DNA of 64,000 nt from an uncultured Methylobacillus sp. (GCA_964445115.1 CAYUJU010000010.1:2582-66581), one strand, 5' to 3'. Positions 10,066-20,411 are shown, counted from the first letter of the stretch. Numbers and translations are program-made. The notes: generated by a model from the sequence alone, not told the origin.

Positions 10066-12180
10066 ATGACCACGCAAAATCTACTCGTTGAACTGTTCGT
10101 CGAAGAATTGCCTCCCAAGGCACTGAAGAAACTGGGTGAAGCCTTCGCCGGCACTCTGTTCGATTCGCTCACGGCCCAGGGTCTGGTGAGCGCTGACGCC
10201 ACCGTCACCCCTTTCGCTTCGCCGCGCCGCTTGGCTGCCCACATCACACTCGTCGCCGCGCAAGCCGATGACAAGCCGGTTTCGCAGAAGCTGATGCCGG
10301 TCAGCGTAGGACTGGATGCGAATGGCCAGGCCACCCCGGCGTTGCTGAAGAAACTGTCAGCACTCGGGGCTGATGCCTCCGTCGTGCCGTCCCTGAAACG
10401 CGAAAACGACGGCAAGGCCGATGTGCTGTTCCTGGACGTCGTCATGCCGGGCGCCAAACTCGCAGAAGGTTTGCAGAAGGCGCTGGAAGATGCCCTTGCC
10501 AAGCTGCCCATCCCGAAAGTGATGACTTACCAGCTGCATGAAAACTGCGACCAGCCCGGCTGGAGTAGCGTCAACTTTGTGCGCCCGGCCCACGGCTTGG
10601 TGGCGCTGCACGGCGCAGCAACCGTAGCGGTCTCTGCGCTCGGTCTCACCTCCGGCAACATCACACAGGGCCACCGCTTCGAGGCCGCCAAGCACCCGGT
10701 CGTACTCAAGGATGCCGATAGCTACGCAGCACAACTGCGTGACGAAGGCGCCGTGATCGCCAGCTTCGAGGCGCGTCGCGCCGAAATCGTGCGCCAACTG
10801 ACCGAGGCAGCAGCCAGGCAAGGCCTGAAGCCCATCGAGGACGACGCGCTGCTGGACGAGGTCACCGCGCTGGTCGAGCGCCCCAACGTGCTGTTAGGCC
10901 AGTTTGAAACCGAGTTTCTGGAAGTGCCACAGGAATGTCTGATCCTGACCATGAAGGCCAACCAGAAATACTTCCCGCTGCTGGATGCCGCCGGCAAGCT
11001 GACCAACAAGTTCCTGATCGTGTCCAACATCAGTCCGGCGGATCCCTCCGCCGTGATCGGCGGCAACGAGCGCGTGGTACGCCCGCGCCTCGCCGACGCC
11101 AAGTTCTTTTTCGAGCAGGATCGCAAGAAAACGTTGGAATCACGCACTGACGGCTTGGACAAGGTGGTGTACCACAACAAGCTAGGCACACAAGGTGAGC
11201 GCAGCCAAAAGGTGCGAATGATTGCGGCCTCGATCGCATCCATGCTGGGAGGCAATGTTCTGGAGGAAGCCGCAGACAAGGCCGCACAACTGGCCAAGAC
11301 CGACCTGCTGACTGACATGGTAGGTGAATTCCCGGAGTTGCAAGGCATTATGGGCCGTTACTACGCTCTTAACGATGGCCTATCTAATGACATCGCCGAC
11401 GCCATAGAAGATCACTACAAGCCTCGCTTCGCCGGCGATGACCTGCCCCGCAACGACGTTGGCATCTGTGTTGCGCTTGCCGACAAGCTAGAAACCCTCG
11501 TCGGCATGTTCGGCATTGGCCAGATACCAACTGGCGACAAAGATCCATTCGCACTTCGTCGGCATGCACTTGGTGTCATCCGTATCCTCATGGAACGTAA
11601 TTTGCCGCTTCACCTGGATTCTCTACTATTCGTGGCAGCTGGCATCCGAGGCTTTTCCGAAGACATCTCGTCCCAAGTCGCGGACTTTATGTTCGATCGC
11701 CTGTCTGGCCTGCTACGCGAGCAAGGCTACAGCCCTCAAGAAGTAGATGCAGTCATCTCATTGCGTCCACAGCAACTCGGTGACATCGCCAAGCGCCTGA
11801 CTGCTGTGCGTGCCTTCACCGCGCTGCCAGAAGCCGAAAGCCTGGCCGCCGCCAACAAGCGCGTCGGCAACATCCTGAAGAAGGTCGAAGGCACCGTCGC
11901 AGCCAAGGTCGATCCGGCCCTGCTGCAGGAAGCTGCGGAAAAGGCACTGAACGAGGCGCTCACCCAAGTCGCGCCGCAGGCCGATGCCGCCTTCACCCAG
12001 GGCGACTACACGGCTTCGCTGAAGGCGCTGGCCGCGCTCAAGGCGCCCGTGGACGCCTTCTTCGACGACGTGATGGTCAACGCCGAAGACCCGGCCCTGC
12101 GTGCCAACCGCCTCGGCCTGCTGGCCACGCTGCATCAGGCGATGAACCGCGTGGCAGACCTTTCCAAGCTGGCCGCCTGA
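10066..12180 (+). CDS. glyS: Glycine--tRNA ligase beta subunit
   Basis: 704 aa. LLVELFVEELPPKAL N-terminus. Lies immediately after glyQ. Confidence 0.93.
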   Translation: MTTQNLLVELFVEELPPKALKKLGEAFAGTLFDSLTAQGLVSADATVTPFASPRRLAAHITLVAAQADDKPVSQKLMPVSVGLDANGQATPALLKKLSALGADASVVPSLKRENDGKADVLFLDVVMPGAKLAEGLQKALEDALAKLPIPKVMTYQLHENCDQPGWSSVNFVRPAHGLVALHGAATVAVSALGLTSGNITQGHRFEAAKHPVVLKDADSYAAQLRDEGAVIASFEARRAEIVRQLTEAAARQGLKPIEDDALLDEVTALVERPNVLLGQFETEFLEVPQECLILTMKANQKYFPLLDAAGKLTNKFLIVSNISPADPSAVIGGNERVVRPRLADAKFFFEQDRKKTLESRTDGLDKVVYHNKLGTQGERSQKVRMIAASIASMLGGNVLEEAADKAAQLAKTDLLTDMVGEFPELQGIMGRYYALNDGLSNDIADAIEDHYKPRFAGDDLPRNDVGICVALADKLETLVGMFGIGQIPTGDKDPFALRRHALGVIRILMERNLPLHLDSLLFVAAGIRGFSEDISSQVADFMFDRLSGLLREQGYSPQEVDAVISLRPQQLGDIAKRLTAVRAFTALPEAESLAAANKRVGNILKKVEGTVAAKVDPALLQEAAEKALNEALTQVAPQADAAFTQGDYTASLKALAALKAPVDAFFDDVMVNAEDPALRANRLGLLATLHQAMNRVADLSKLAA

Positions 12181-12199
12181 TCGGGAAGCGCGCGACATC

Positions 12200-12742
12200 A
12201 TGAAACTCGTCATTCTGGACCGGGACGGCGTCATCAATTACGACTCCGCCCAGTTCATCAAGAGCCCGGAAGAATGGATCCCCATTCCCGGGAGTCTGGA
12301 AGCGATCGCCATGCTCAACCAGGCGGGGTTTCGCGTCGCGCTGGCCACCAACCAGTCCGGCATTGAACGCGGCCTGTTCGACATGGCCACGCTCAACGCC
12401 ATCCACGACAAGATGCACCGGGCGCTCGCCCAGTTCGGTGGCCGCATCGACGCCCTGTTCTACTGCCCGCACACCGCCGACTCGCACTGCAACTGCCGCA
12501 AGCCCAAGCCCGGCATGCTGGAAGAAATTTCCCGCCGGTTCAGCACCGGTCTGGAGGGTGTCCCCAGCGTGGGCGACTCCCTACGCGACCTGCAGGCTGG
12601 AATGAGCCTGGGAGCCCAGCCGATCCTGGTCCGCACCGGCAAGGGCGAAAAAACCCTGGCAGAAGGCAATCTTCCGGAAGGTACCTGGCTCTGCGCCGAC
12701 CTGATGGAAGCCGCGCAACGCATCATCGACGACAAAGCATGA
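12200..12742 (+). CDS. gmhB: D-glycero-beta-D-manno-heptose 1,7-bisphosphate 7-phosphatase
   Basis: 180 aa. HAD motif ILDRDGVIN and zinc loop CPHTADSHCNCRKPKPGM. Confidence 0.88.
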   Translation: MKLVILDRDGVINYDSAQFIKSPEEWIPIPGSLEAIAMLNQAGFRVALATNQSGIERGLFDMATLNAIHDKMHRALAQFGGRIDALFYCPHTADSHCNCRKPKPGMLEEISRRFSTGLEGVPSVGDSLRDLQAGMSLGAQPILVRTGKGEKTLAEGNLPEGTWLCADLMEAAQRIIDDKA

Positions 12743-13449
12743 CGCGCCTGCGCTCACTCCTCTTCAATCTGGGCATGTGGATCATGGTGATCCCGTTTGC
12801 CCTGCTCGCCCTGCTGCTGATTCCCATGTCGGCACCCCGGCGCTCCCACATCGTCGCCGGTTGGGCACGCTTCGTCATGTGGTGGTTGGGCATTACCTGC
12901 GGCCTGCGCTTCCGTGTCATCGGCCGGGAACACATTCCCGCCCACCCCTGCGTCATTCTGGCCAAGCACCAGTCGGCATGGGAGACCATCGCCTTCCAGG
13001 CTATCTTTCCGCCGCAAATCTGGGTGCTGAAGCGCTCCCTGTTGCTGTTGCCATTCTTCGGCTGGGCCTTGTGGGCGCTGAAGGCTATCGCCATCGACCG
13101 CTCGGCTGGGCGTGAAGCGCTCAAGCAACTAGTAGCCCAGGGGCAGGAGCGCTTGGCCATGGGCCTGTCGGTGGTCGTGTTTCCCGAAGGCACGCGCATC
13201 GCACCGGGGCAGCGCGGCAAGTATCACATCGGCGGCGCATGGCTGGCCACGCACACCGGGGCGACCGTCCTGCCGGTGGCGCACAACGCCGGCGAATTCT
13301 GGCGCAAGAACAGTCTGCTGAAGCAGCCCGGCATCATCACGGTCAGTGTCGGCCACCCCATCGAGGCGGCCGGCATGAAGGCCGAGGAGTTGAACCGGCA
13401 AGTCGAGGCCTGGATCGAAGCGGAAATGCCGCGGCTCGCGACCCTGTGA
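12739..13449 (+). CDS. plsC: 1-acyl-sn-glycerol-3-phosphate acyltransferase family protein
   Basis: 236 aa. Acyltransferase blocks KHQSAWET and VVFPEGTR. 4-nt overlap with gmhB. Confidence 0.85.
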   Translation: MTRLRSLLFNLGMWIMVIPFALLALLLIPMSAPRRSHIVAGWARFVMWWLGITCGLRFRVIGREHIPAHPCVILAKHQSAWETIAFQAIFPPQIWVLKRSLLLLPFFGWALWALKAIAIDRSAGREALKQLVAQGQERLAMGLSVVVFPEGTRIAPGQRGKYHIGGAWLATHTGATVLPVAHNAGEFWRKNSLLKQPGIITVSVGHPIEAAGMKAEELNRQVEAWIEAEMPRLATL

Positions 13450-14156
13450 GCCAGCACCACCTGCACACCCACAGCGGCGTGCGCATTCCCTACCAGCTCA
13501 AGGTCAGCGCCAAACGCCGTACCATCGGCCTGCGCATCGATGCCAACGGCCTCACCGTACACACGCCGCGGCGCGTACCACAGTCCACGCTGGACAAATT
13601 GCTGCAAGACAAAGTCGACTGGATCCTGCGCAAACTGAGCGAATGGCAGGAACAGCCGCCGGCGTTCGCATGGTGTGACGGCGCCACGCTCCAGTACCTG
13701 GGCAACGACATCCGCCTGACCCTGCGCCAGGACGCACGCAATCGTACCCCCACCCTCGACGGTACCGAACTGGTAGTGGCGCAGCCGGACCCTGCCGACC
13801 TTGCCGCCGTCAAACGCAAGGTTGCGTTATGGTATGCCAAGGAGGCTCGCAGCGATTTCACCCGGCGCATCGAACTTCTGGCAGCCAAACTCGGTGTGCC
13901 GACGCCTCCCGTGTATTTATCCAACGCCAAAACCCGCTGGGGCAGCTGCAATTCGCGCGGAGAAATCCGGCTGCATTGGCGCCTGGTGCAGGCCCCCCCT
14001 CACGTCATCCATTACGTGGTCGCCCACGAACTCGCCCACCTCAAGGAAATGAACCACAGCCCGCAGTTCTGGGCCTGGGTGGCAAAACTATGCCCGGAGT
14101 ATGAACAGGCCAAAACCACCCTGAAAACGCTTTCCCGCACCTTGCACCTGATCTGA
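13446..14156 (+). CDS. M48-family (YgjP/DUF45-like) metal-dependent hydrolase
   Basis: HExxH motif in VVAHELAHLKEMNHSPQFW. The GTG at 13446 overlaps the plsC stop (GTGA). The upstream part of ORF 13239-14156 lies inside plsC. Confidence 0.8.
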   Translation: MSQHHLHTHSGVRIPYQLKVSAKRRTIGLRIDANGLTVHTPRRVPQSTLDKLLQDKVDWILRKLSEWQEQPPAFAWCDGATLQYLGNDIRLTLRQDARNRTPTLDGTELVVAQPDPADLAAVKRKVALWYAKEARSDFTRRIELLAAKLGVPTPPVYLSNAKTRWGSCNSRGEIRLHWRLVQAPPHVIHYVVAHELAHLKEMNHSPQFWAWVAKLCPEYEQAKTTLKTLSRTLHLI

Positions 14157-14226
14157 GGCAGCACGCTGCGCCCGTGCTAATATTGCTTCGCTGCAATCAT
14201 TCCAAACCACTCAGAGGGAGATAACA

Positions 14227-14562
14227 ATGAATTTCGGGGATGCGATCAAAGTCTGTTTTTCCAAGTATGTCGATTTCAACGGCCGCGCCAAGCGTCCGGA
14301 GTACTGGTGGTTTTTCCTGTTCTGCTTCCTGGTGTCGCTGGTGCTGAACATCGTCAGCGCCGGCCTTTCCCTGGTGTTTTCGCTGGGCACGCTGCTGCCC
14401 TCACTGGCCGCAGGCGCGCGTCGGCTGCACGACACCAATCGCAGCGGCTGGTGGCAACTGCTGTGGATCATTCCGGTGATCGGCTGGATCGTGATGATCG
14501 TGTTCCTGGTGCAGGAAGGGGAAGCAAGCGAGAACGCTTACGGCAGCGCGCCAGAAGCCTGA
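14227..14562 (+). CDS. DUF805-family inner membrane protein
   Basis: 111 aa. GRAKRPEYWWF and RRLHDTNRSGWW are signatures typical of the YhaH/YhaI-like DUF805 family. GGGAG RBS upstream. Confidence 0.75.
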   Translation: MNFGDAIKVCFSKYVDFNGRAKRPEYWWFFLFCFLVSLVLNIVSAGLSLVFSLGTLLPSLAAGARRLHDTNRSGWWQLLWIIPVIGWIVMIVFLVQEGEASENAYGSAPEA

Positions 14563-14587
14563 GTCTTCACCCACACGTATTAAAAAT

Positions 14588-14616
14588 AAAAAGCCGGGGA
14601 CTACCCCGGCTTTTTT
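14588..14616. terminator. Bidirectional rho-independent terminator
   Basis: AAAAGCCGGGG-ACTA-CCCCGGCTTTT, with an A-run upstream and a T6 run downstream. Lies between the convergent DUF805 gene and ccoI. Confidence 0.6.
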
Positions 14617-14630
14617 GCGCCTGCATCTGG

Positions 14631-17066
14631 CTAGCGCAAGCGCAACGCGTTCAGTACCACGACCAGCGAACTGGCCGACATGCCCAGAGCCGCCAACCAG
14701 GGCGAGATATACCCGGTTGCCGCAAACGGCAATACCAGCAAGTTGTAGCCCAGTGCCCAGGCAAAGTTCTGGCGAATGATACTGAGGCCGAAACGGCTGG
14801 TCGCCACGGCGTGGTCGATTTCCAGCAAGCTCTCAGTCAACAGCACCACATCCCCCGTCGTCCGCGCCATCTGGGTGCCGCTCCCCATAGCGATTGACAC
14901 TTGGGCACCCGCCAGCACCGGGGCATCGTTGATTCCGTCGCCAACCATGGCCACCACTTCCCCGCGGTCCTGGAGGGCACGCAGTGCGGCCAGCTTGCCT
15001 TCTGGCGTCAAACCGGCGTGCCAGTCGTCCACTCCGAGGGCACGTGCGTGGTAGGCCACGGCATCCACGGCGTCACCACTCATGATGCTGACACGCATGC
15101 CACGCTTCCTGAGCATGGACACCATCTCCGCGGCTTGCGCACGCGGGGTATCGGCCAGCACAAAAGCCGCCAGCACTTGCTGCTCGTCGCACAACCAGAC
15201 CACGGAAGCTCCTTGCGGAAGCTCCCGGTCCAGTTTGCACGCTGGAGTCAGCGCAGGATTCAACGCGGTACTGCCAATGCTGTAGCGCCGCCCCTCCACC
15301 GTCCCGGCCACGCCCTTCCCAGGCACGTTCTCGCTGAACGTCACGGGCAATAGATGCTGCCGATCCACTGCCTGCAGGAAACTTTGCGCCAGCGGATGCT
15401 CCGAGGCCTGCTCCAGGCTTGCTGCAAGCAACAGGCAACGTGCCTCGTTGTGGCTAGCGAAGGGGATAGTCTGCAACAGTGCTGGCTTGCCCAGGGTAAG
15501 GGTGCCGGTCTTGTCGAACACGAAATGCGTGACCTTGGCGAGCGTTTCTAAGGCATGGCCACGCGTCAGCAGCACGCCGCGCTTGACCAGATGCGAGCCT
15601 GCCGCGGCGAAGGCCGCCGGGGCGGCAAGGGACAAGGCACAGGGACAACTGACGACCAGCACGGCCAGCGTAATCTCGAAGACACGATTGCTGTCGACTC
15701 GCCACCATACCCACGCCACGATCGCCACGAACACCAGCAAGGCATAAGTGAAATATTCCGCGATACGATCTGCGACTTGGGACAGTCTCGGTTTCTGTGC
15801 CTGGGCTCGGTCCAGCAGCCGCGCAATCCCGGCCAACACGGTGTCTTCCCCCACCCCGGTCACGCGGATACGCAACGGGCTTTCGTAGTTGACGCTGCCG
15901 GCATACACCAGATCACCGGGCCTCTTGGGTAAGGGCCGGCTCTCACCGGTCAGCAGCGATTCGTCGGCACTGCTTTCGCCCTGCACCACGATCCCGTCGG
16001 CGGCGATGGTCTCGCCCGGCTTGGCCAGGATCACGTCTTCCGTGGTCAGCTCGTGCACAGGAACCAGTGCCAGCGCCTCGTCCTTGCCGATGCGGTTGGC
16101 CATCGCCGGCACCAGACGCAGCAGGTTTTCCGCGGCTTCGACCGATTTCTCCCGGGCATTGCGCTCCAGAAAGCGTGTCGCCAGCAGGAAGAACACCAGC
16201 ATGCTGATGGTGTCGTAGTACACCACCCCATCCCCCAGCCAGGTGGTCCAGACACTGCCGACAAATCCGGTCAGTACCCCGAGCGAGATCGGGAAATCCA
16301 TGTTGAGTTGCCCGCGCTTCATCGCACGCCAGGCGGACTGGTAGAAGGGAATAGCCGCATAAAGCACGGCAGGCACCGTCATCAACAGGCTGAACCAGCG
16401 CATCAGCTGTACCGTGGCGTGGTCCATGCCCGTCGCGGCCCCGGCGTACAGCGCCACGCCCAGCATCATGACCTGTCCCATCGAGATCCCGGCCACGGCC
16501 ATGCGGCGGATATCGAGCTTGCGTCTGGCCTGTCGCAGTTCTTCCTGTTGCTGCGCGTTGAACGGGTGCGCCTGATAGCCCAACTTGCGGATTTCGGCCA
16601 GAATGGACGACAGCTTGATGCGGCTGTCGTCCCAGGTCACGCGCGCCCGATGCGAGGCATAATTCACGGAAACTTGATGCACCCCGGGCAATTGCGCCAG
16701 ATGGCGCTCGTTCAGCCAGATGCAAGCCGCACAGGTAATCCCTTCGAGAATGAGCGAGGCCTGCTTGAGATGATCGGGCGAAGTCGAAACAAAGCTTTTC
16801 TGCACCTCGGAGTGGTCGTACAGATCCAGCTTGCGCAGTTCGTCCGGGACAAGTGCATCCGCCGTTTTCGGAAGTTCGGTACGGTAGCGGTAATAATCTT
16901 CCAGACCGTTGTGGACGATGGACTCAGCCACGGCCTGACAGCCTGGGCAGCACAAGTCATGCTCCTCGCCCAGCACCCGCACGCGAAACCGGCTGCCGGC
17001 GGGCACCGGCAAGCCGCAATGAAAACAGTTGTCTTCCACGGCCTTACTTTTGGGGTTCTGGTTCAT
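14631..17066 (-). CDS. ccoI: Copper-translocating P1B-type ATPase (cbb3 oxidase assembly, CcoI/FixI)
   Basis: 811 aa. N-terminal CFHCG and CCPGC motifs, HMA-like GITCAACIW, CPC transmembrane motif (SCPCAL), phosphorylation site DKTGT, GDGINDAP. Lies in the ccoGHI context. Confidence 0.88.
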   Translation of the reverse strand: MNQNPKSKAVEDNCFHCGLPVPAGSRFRVRVLGEEHDLCCPGCQAVAESIVHNGLEDYYRYRTELPKTADALVPDELRKLDLYDHSEVQKSFVSTSPDHLKQASLILEGITCAACIWLNERHLAQLPGVHQVSVNYASHRARVTWDDSRIKLSSILAEIRKLGYQAHPFNAQQQEELRQARRKLDIRRMAVAGISMGQVMMLGVALYAGAATGMDHATVQLMRWFSLLMTVPAVLYAAIPFYQSAWRAMKRGQLNMDFPISLGVLTGFVGSVWTTWLGDGVVYYDTISMLVFFLLATRFLERNAREKSVEAAENLLRLVPAMANRIGKDEALALVPVHELTTEDVILAKPGETIAADGIVVQGESSADESLLTGESRPLPKRPGDLVYAGSVNYESPLRIRVTGVGEDTVLAGIARLLDRAQAQKPRLSQVADRIAEYFTYALLVFVAIVAWVWWRVDSNRVFEITLAVLVVSCPCALSLAAPAAFAAAGSHLVKRGVLLTRGHALETLAKVTHFVFDKTGTLTLGKPALLQTIPFASHNEARCLLLAASLEQASEHPLAQSFLQAVDRQHLLPVTFSENVPGKGVAGTVEGRRYSIGSTALNPALTPACKLDRELPQGASVVWLCDEQQVLAAFVLADTPRAQAAEMVSMLRKRGMRVSIMSGDAVDAVAYHARALGVDDWHAGLTPEGKLAALRALQDRGEVVAMVGDGINDAPVLAGAQVSIAMGSGTQMARTTGDVVLLTESLLEIDHAVATSRFGLSIIRQNFAWALGYNLLVLPFAATGYISPWLAALGMSASSLVVVLNALRLR

Positions 17067-17844
17067 CCACGAACAGCGAACGGTTCATCTGGAACACATC
17101 TTCGCCACGCGTCACGTTGACCTTGAGCAACCAGCGGCCGGGGTTTGGCAACGTCAGTGTCGTACCGTACAGACCGTCGGCTTCCGGCTTCAGCATCAAG
17201 TGCTGGTCGTCCTTGCTGTTCGCCATGCGCCAGACGATCAGTTCCACCTGATCCGCGACGACCTCCTGCCCCTCAGCATCACGCACCCGCATCTTCACCG
17301 CAACTTCCGTGCCGCTGCGCATGCCTTCCAGCCCGTCGATCTCAACCTTCCAGCCCAGATTGCGCTGCTCTTCCACCCGCTTCATGTGCTGCTCGTATAG
17401 CTTGTTGCGATCATGCGGAATCACGCCAGGAAACGCCGTGTGCAGGCGCTGGTTCTCCGGGTTGGGCAGGAACCAGCTGGAGAATTTGTCCGGCAGACCA
17501 TGGCTGGAGACCGACAACAGGATGGCGTTGAATACCACCAGCAATCCGAAGAATATCGCGATCGCCTTGGGTGCCCAGTGCATCTTCCCCCGCCCCCCCT
17601 GACGCACCGCACCAAAAATTCCCAGCACGGCCGCAGTCGCCATGAACACCGCCAGATGGATCGCCAGCATGTCACCCCCCTGCCAGTGCACCATGCTGTA
17701 TCCGAGATAGGCCATGAACGGTAACGCCCCGCCCAGAATGCCGCTCCAGTAATGAGACAACCCTACGCGGCGCGCGAGCATGAACAAACCCGCCACGGCC
17801 AGCAATCCGCCGAACAGGGTTTCGGTCGTCGTCAATTCCAGCAT
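17044..17844 (-). CDS. ccoH: FixH/CcoH-family protein with N-terminal membrane extension
   Basis: 266 aa. The C-terminal ~180 aa resemble FixH (a TM helix, then a beta-rich domain). They are preceded by ~87 aa with three predicted TM helices. The start codon is 1 nt from the ccoG stop. Confidence 0.7.
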   Translation of the reverse strand: MLELTTTETLFGGLLAVAGLFMLARRVGLSHYWSGILGGALPFMAYLGYSMVHWQGGDMLAIHLAVFMATAAVLGIFGAVRQGGRGKMHWAPKAIAIFFGLLVVFNAILLSVSSHGLPDKFSSWFLPNPENQRLHTAFPGVIPHDRNKLYEQHMKRVEEQRNLGWKVEIDGLEGMRSGTEVAVKMRVRDAEGQEVVADQVELIVWRMANSKDDQHLMLKPEADGLYGTTLTLPNPGRWLLKVNVTRGEDVFQMNRSLFVDEPEPQK

Positions 17845-17845
17845 C

Positions 17846-19282
17846 TCAATGTCCCTCTTTCTTGGCGGAGAAGTTCACCTTGCGCACCACCTGTTCCGCC
17901 GGATTCGACAGTGGTGTAACGACGAACTCGAGCTCATGTTGATGTTCTGCCAATTCATGCTCAAGGTCGACTTTCGCGTTCAGGTTCAGATCCTTGCCGG
18001 GTCGCACTCGAATTTCCGGTAACGGTCCGAGGTCGAGCGCCGAGGCAGGGACGCCCTTCACTTCGATGCTGAAGTGCTCCTCGTGTTCCGTCTTGTTGAC
18101 GATGTGGATTTGATAGCGGTTGCGGATCCTTTCGTCTGACAACTCCACGAACAATGGCTGCCGGACCTGCTGCACCCGCACCTCAACCGAGGTCCGATGT
18201 GTGAGACCCCAGCCAAGCCAGCCAAGTGCAACCACAAGTGCCAGTCCGTAACCCATGACCTTAGGATTCTTCCAGTGTAGCTGCGGCGTTTTCGGTTGAT
18301 CACTGTGCAAGTTGGCATCCGAATCGTAGCGGATCAATCCTTGCGGATAGCCTACCGAATCCATGATGTTGTTGCAGGCATCAATACACAGCCCGCAGGA
18401 AATACACTGATACTGCGTCCCCTTGCGAATGTCGATCCCGGTCGGGCACACCTGTACGCAAAAGCCGCAGTCGACGCAATCGCCATGTCCTTGCGCCTGC
18501 CGCTCTTCTCGCGTCTTCAGTCCGGCCTTGGTGATCGTACGACCAGCAGCCCCTTCCCCTCGGCGCGCGTCATAGTTGACGTACAACGTATCCTTTTCGT
18601 ACATCACGCTCTGGAAGCGCGCGTACGGGCAGAAATGCAGGCAAATCTGTTCGCGTGCGATACCGCCGCAGAAATAGGTCGTCAGCGTCAGGATCAAGAC
18701 CGTGAAATAAGCAGCATATGCAGCCTGGCCGGTAAAAAAGTCCAGCAACAACTGCGGTGCATATGTGAAATAGGCGGCAAACGTGAACCCGGTCCAAAAT
18801 GAAATCAGGATCATCAGGAAGTGCGAACCGCCGATTTTCAGGGTCTTTTCCACATTCCACGGCTGCTTGCGCAAGCGCAAACGGGCCGGACGTTCCCCCT
18901 GAATCCAGTGTTCGATCATGATGAACAGGTCTGACCAGATCGTCTGGAAACAGAAATAGCCACACCACGCCCGACCAACCAGTCCAGTCACGAAGAACAG
19001 CAGCGCCGCTGCCAGGAACAGCAGCATGGACATCCAGAAGATATCCTGTGGATACGACACGAGATCAAAGATGAAAAACCGCTTGCTTACCAGATCGAAC
19101 ATCACCGCCTGGTTGGCTGCGCTGACGCGTTCCCAGGGCAGCCAAGGCAGCAGGAAATATACTGCAAACGCCACGACCAACACGGCGGTCTTGAAGTTGC
19201 GGAACTTGCCCTTGACCGATCGCGTGTGGATCGGGATATGTTTCTGGTACAGCATGGAGGGGTCAATGTTGTGCTCGGACAT
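17846..19282 (-). CDS. ccoG: Cytochrome c oxidase accessory protein CcoG (4Fe-4S ferredoxin-type)
   Basis: 478 aa. CVDCGFCVQVCP and CISCGLCIDAC cluster motifs plus multiple TM helices. Confidence 0.9.
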   Translation of the reverse strand: MSEHNIDPSMLYQKHIPIHTRSVKGKFRNFKTAVLVVAFAVYFLLPWLPWERVSAANQAVMFDLVSKRFFIFDLVSYPQDIFWMSMLLFLAAALLFFVTGLVGRAWCGYFCFQTIWSDLFIMIEHWIQGERPARLRLRKQPWNVEKTLKIGGSHFLMILISFWTGFTFAAYFTYAPQLLLDFFTGQAAYAAYFTVLILTLTTYFCGGIAREQICLHFCPYARFQSVMYEKDTLYVNYDARRGEGAAGRTITKAGLKTREERQAQGHGDCVDCGFCVQVCPTGIDIRKGTQYQCISCGLCIDACNNIMDSVGYPQGLIRYDSDANLHSDQPKTPQLHWKNPKVMGYGLALVVALGWLGWGLTHRTSVEVRVQQVRQPLFVELSDERIRNRYQIHIVNKTEHEEHFSIEVKGVPASALDLGPLPEIRVRPGKDLNLNAKVDLEHELAEHQHELEFVVTPLSNPAEQVVRKVNFSAKKEGH

Positions 19283-19410
19283 GCTATTCGTGACTCTACA
19301 TTGGTAAAACGACAGGATAACGCATGACGCTCTTGCGAGACCATTTCAGCAATTCACGAAACTACGCTTTTGACTGAAATTGGCGCAAGGACTGACGTCA
19401 CGCCAAAGAC

Positions 19411-19439
19411 AAAGGCCCACGACAAGTGCGTGGGCCTTT
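19411..19439 (-). terminator. Rho-independent terminator after ccoP
   Basis: Stem AAAGGCCCAC / GTGGGCCTTT (19411-19420 / 19430-19439). On the minus strand it is followed by TTTGTCTTT. Confidence 0.55.
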
Positions 19440-19469
19440 GATGAATTACCGCCTTACTTCAGGGACAAC

Positions 19470-20399
19470 TTACTGCCCGCCACCCAGCGTATCGTGGACG
19501 TACAGGGTCAGCACCTTGATCTGTTCAGACTTCAGACGACCTGCCCATGCCGGCATCTTGCCACGGCTCATGCCCTCGGACACGATCTTCTGAACTTCAG
19601 CCACCTTGCCGGCCGCGTCGGTGTGCGCCGGAACGTTAGCCCACAGCCAGCTCTTGTCAGTCAGGTTGGCAGAACCCATGGCCTGGATCCCCTTGGCATC
19701 CGGACCGTGACACACGGCGCATCCGCCTTCGGTTTCAAACACGGCCTTGCCAGCTTCGGCAGCCGCCGCGTCATGCGGCTCGCCAGACAGACTCAGGACA
19801 TAGTTGGCCACCTGAGTGATCTTTTCGTCCGGCAGTACACCCTTGAACGCCGGCATCACGCCATTGCGACCGTTCATCAACGTTTCGTTGATCTTGTCGT
19901 AGGTGCCGCCATACATCCAGATGTCGTCAGTCAGGTTCGGGGAGAAAGTCACCTTACCCACGCCACCAGCCTGGTGACAAGGTGCGCAGTTATCCTTGAA
20001 CAGCGTCGCGCCGGCAGAATTCACGAACTGCATCAACTCGGCATCCTTGGAAACCGCGTCGTACGGCGCAGCCGCCACCTTGTCGAACCATTGCTTCTGT
20101 TCGGCATTGTGCGCGTTCATCTCGGCCATCAGTTTGGAACGCATGTTCCAGTGCGTGGTCTTCTGCTCTTCGGAGCCATCCACCTTCTTGGCCGTGTAAG
20201 TAATGGTGTTACCCACGCCCTTGGTGTAATCGTGACCGATCGGCCATGCCGGATACATGATCCAGTAGATGATCGAGAACACGACGGTGATGTAGAACGT
20301 CCACACCCACCACATCGGCAGCGGATTAGTGAGCTCCTGCAGGGTTTCATCCCACACGTGCCCGGTAGTTACAACGGATTTAGCTTTATCCTGAGTCAT
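19470..20399 (-). CDS. ccoP: cbb3-type cytochrome c oxidase subunit III (diheme)
   Basis: 309 aa. Two heme-binding sites, CAPCH and CAVCH. Confidence 0.92.
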   Translation of the reverse strand: MTQDKAKSVVTTGHVWDETLQELTNPLPMWWVWTFYITVVFSIIYWIMYPAWPIGHDYTKGVGNTITYTAKKVDGSEEQKTTHWNMRSKLMAEMNAHNAEQKQWFDKVAAAPYDAVSKDAELMQFVNSAGATLFKDNCAPCHQAGGVGKVTFSPNLTDDIWMYGGTYDKINETLMNGRNGVMPAFKGVLPDEKITQVANYVLSLSGEPHDAAAAEAGKAVFETEGGCAVCHGPDAKGIQAMGSANLTDKSWLWANVPAHTDAAGKVAEVQKIVSEGMSRGKMPAWAGRLKSEQIKVLTLYVHDTLGGGQ

Positions 20400-20411
20400 G
20401 ATTGTGCTTCC

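Noticed and set aside
19394-19401. Perfect palindrome TGACGTCA in the ccoP-ccoG intergenic region.
   Set aside because: A single 8-bp palindrome with no known cognate regulator in this context. It is too short to distinguish from chance.
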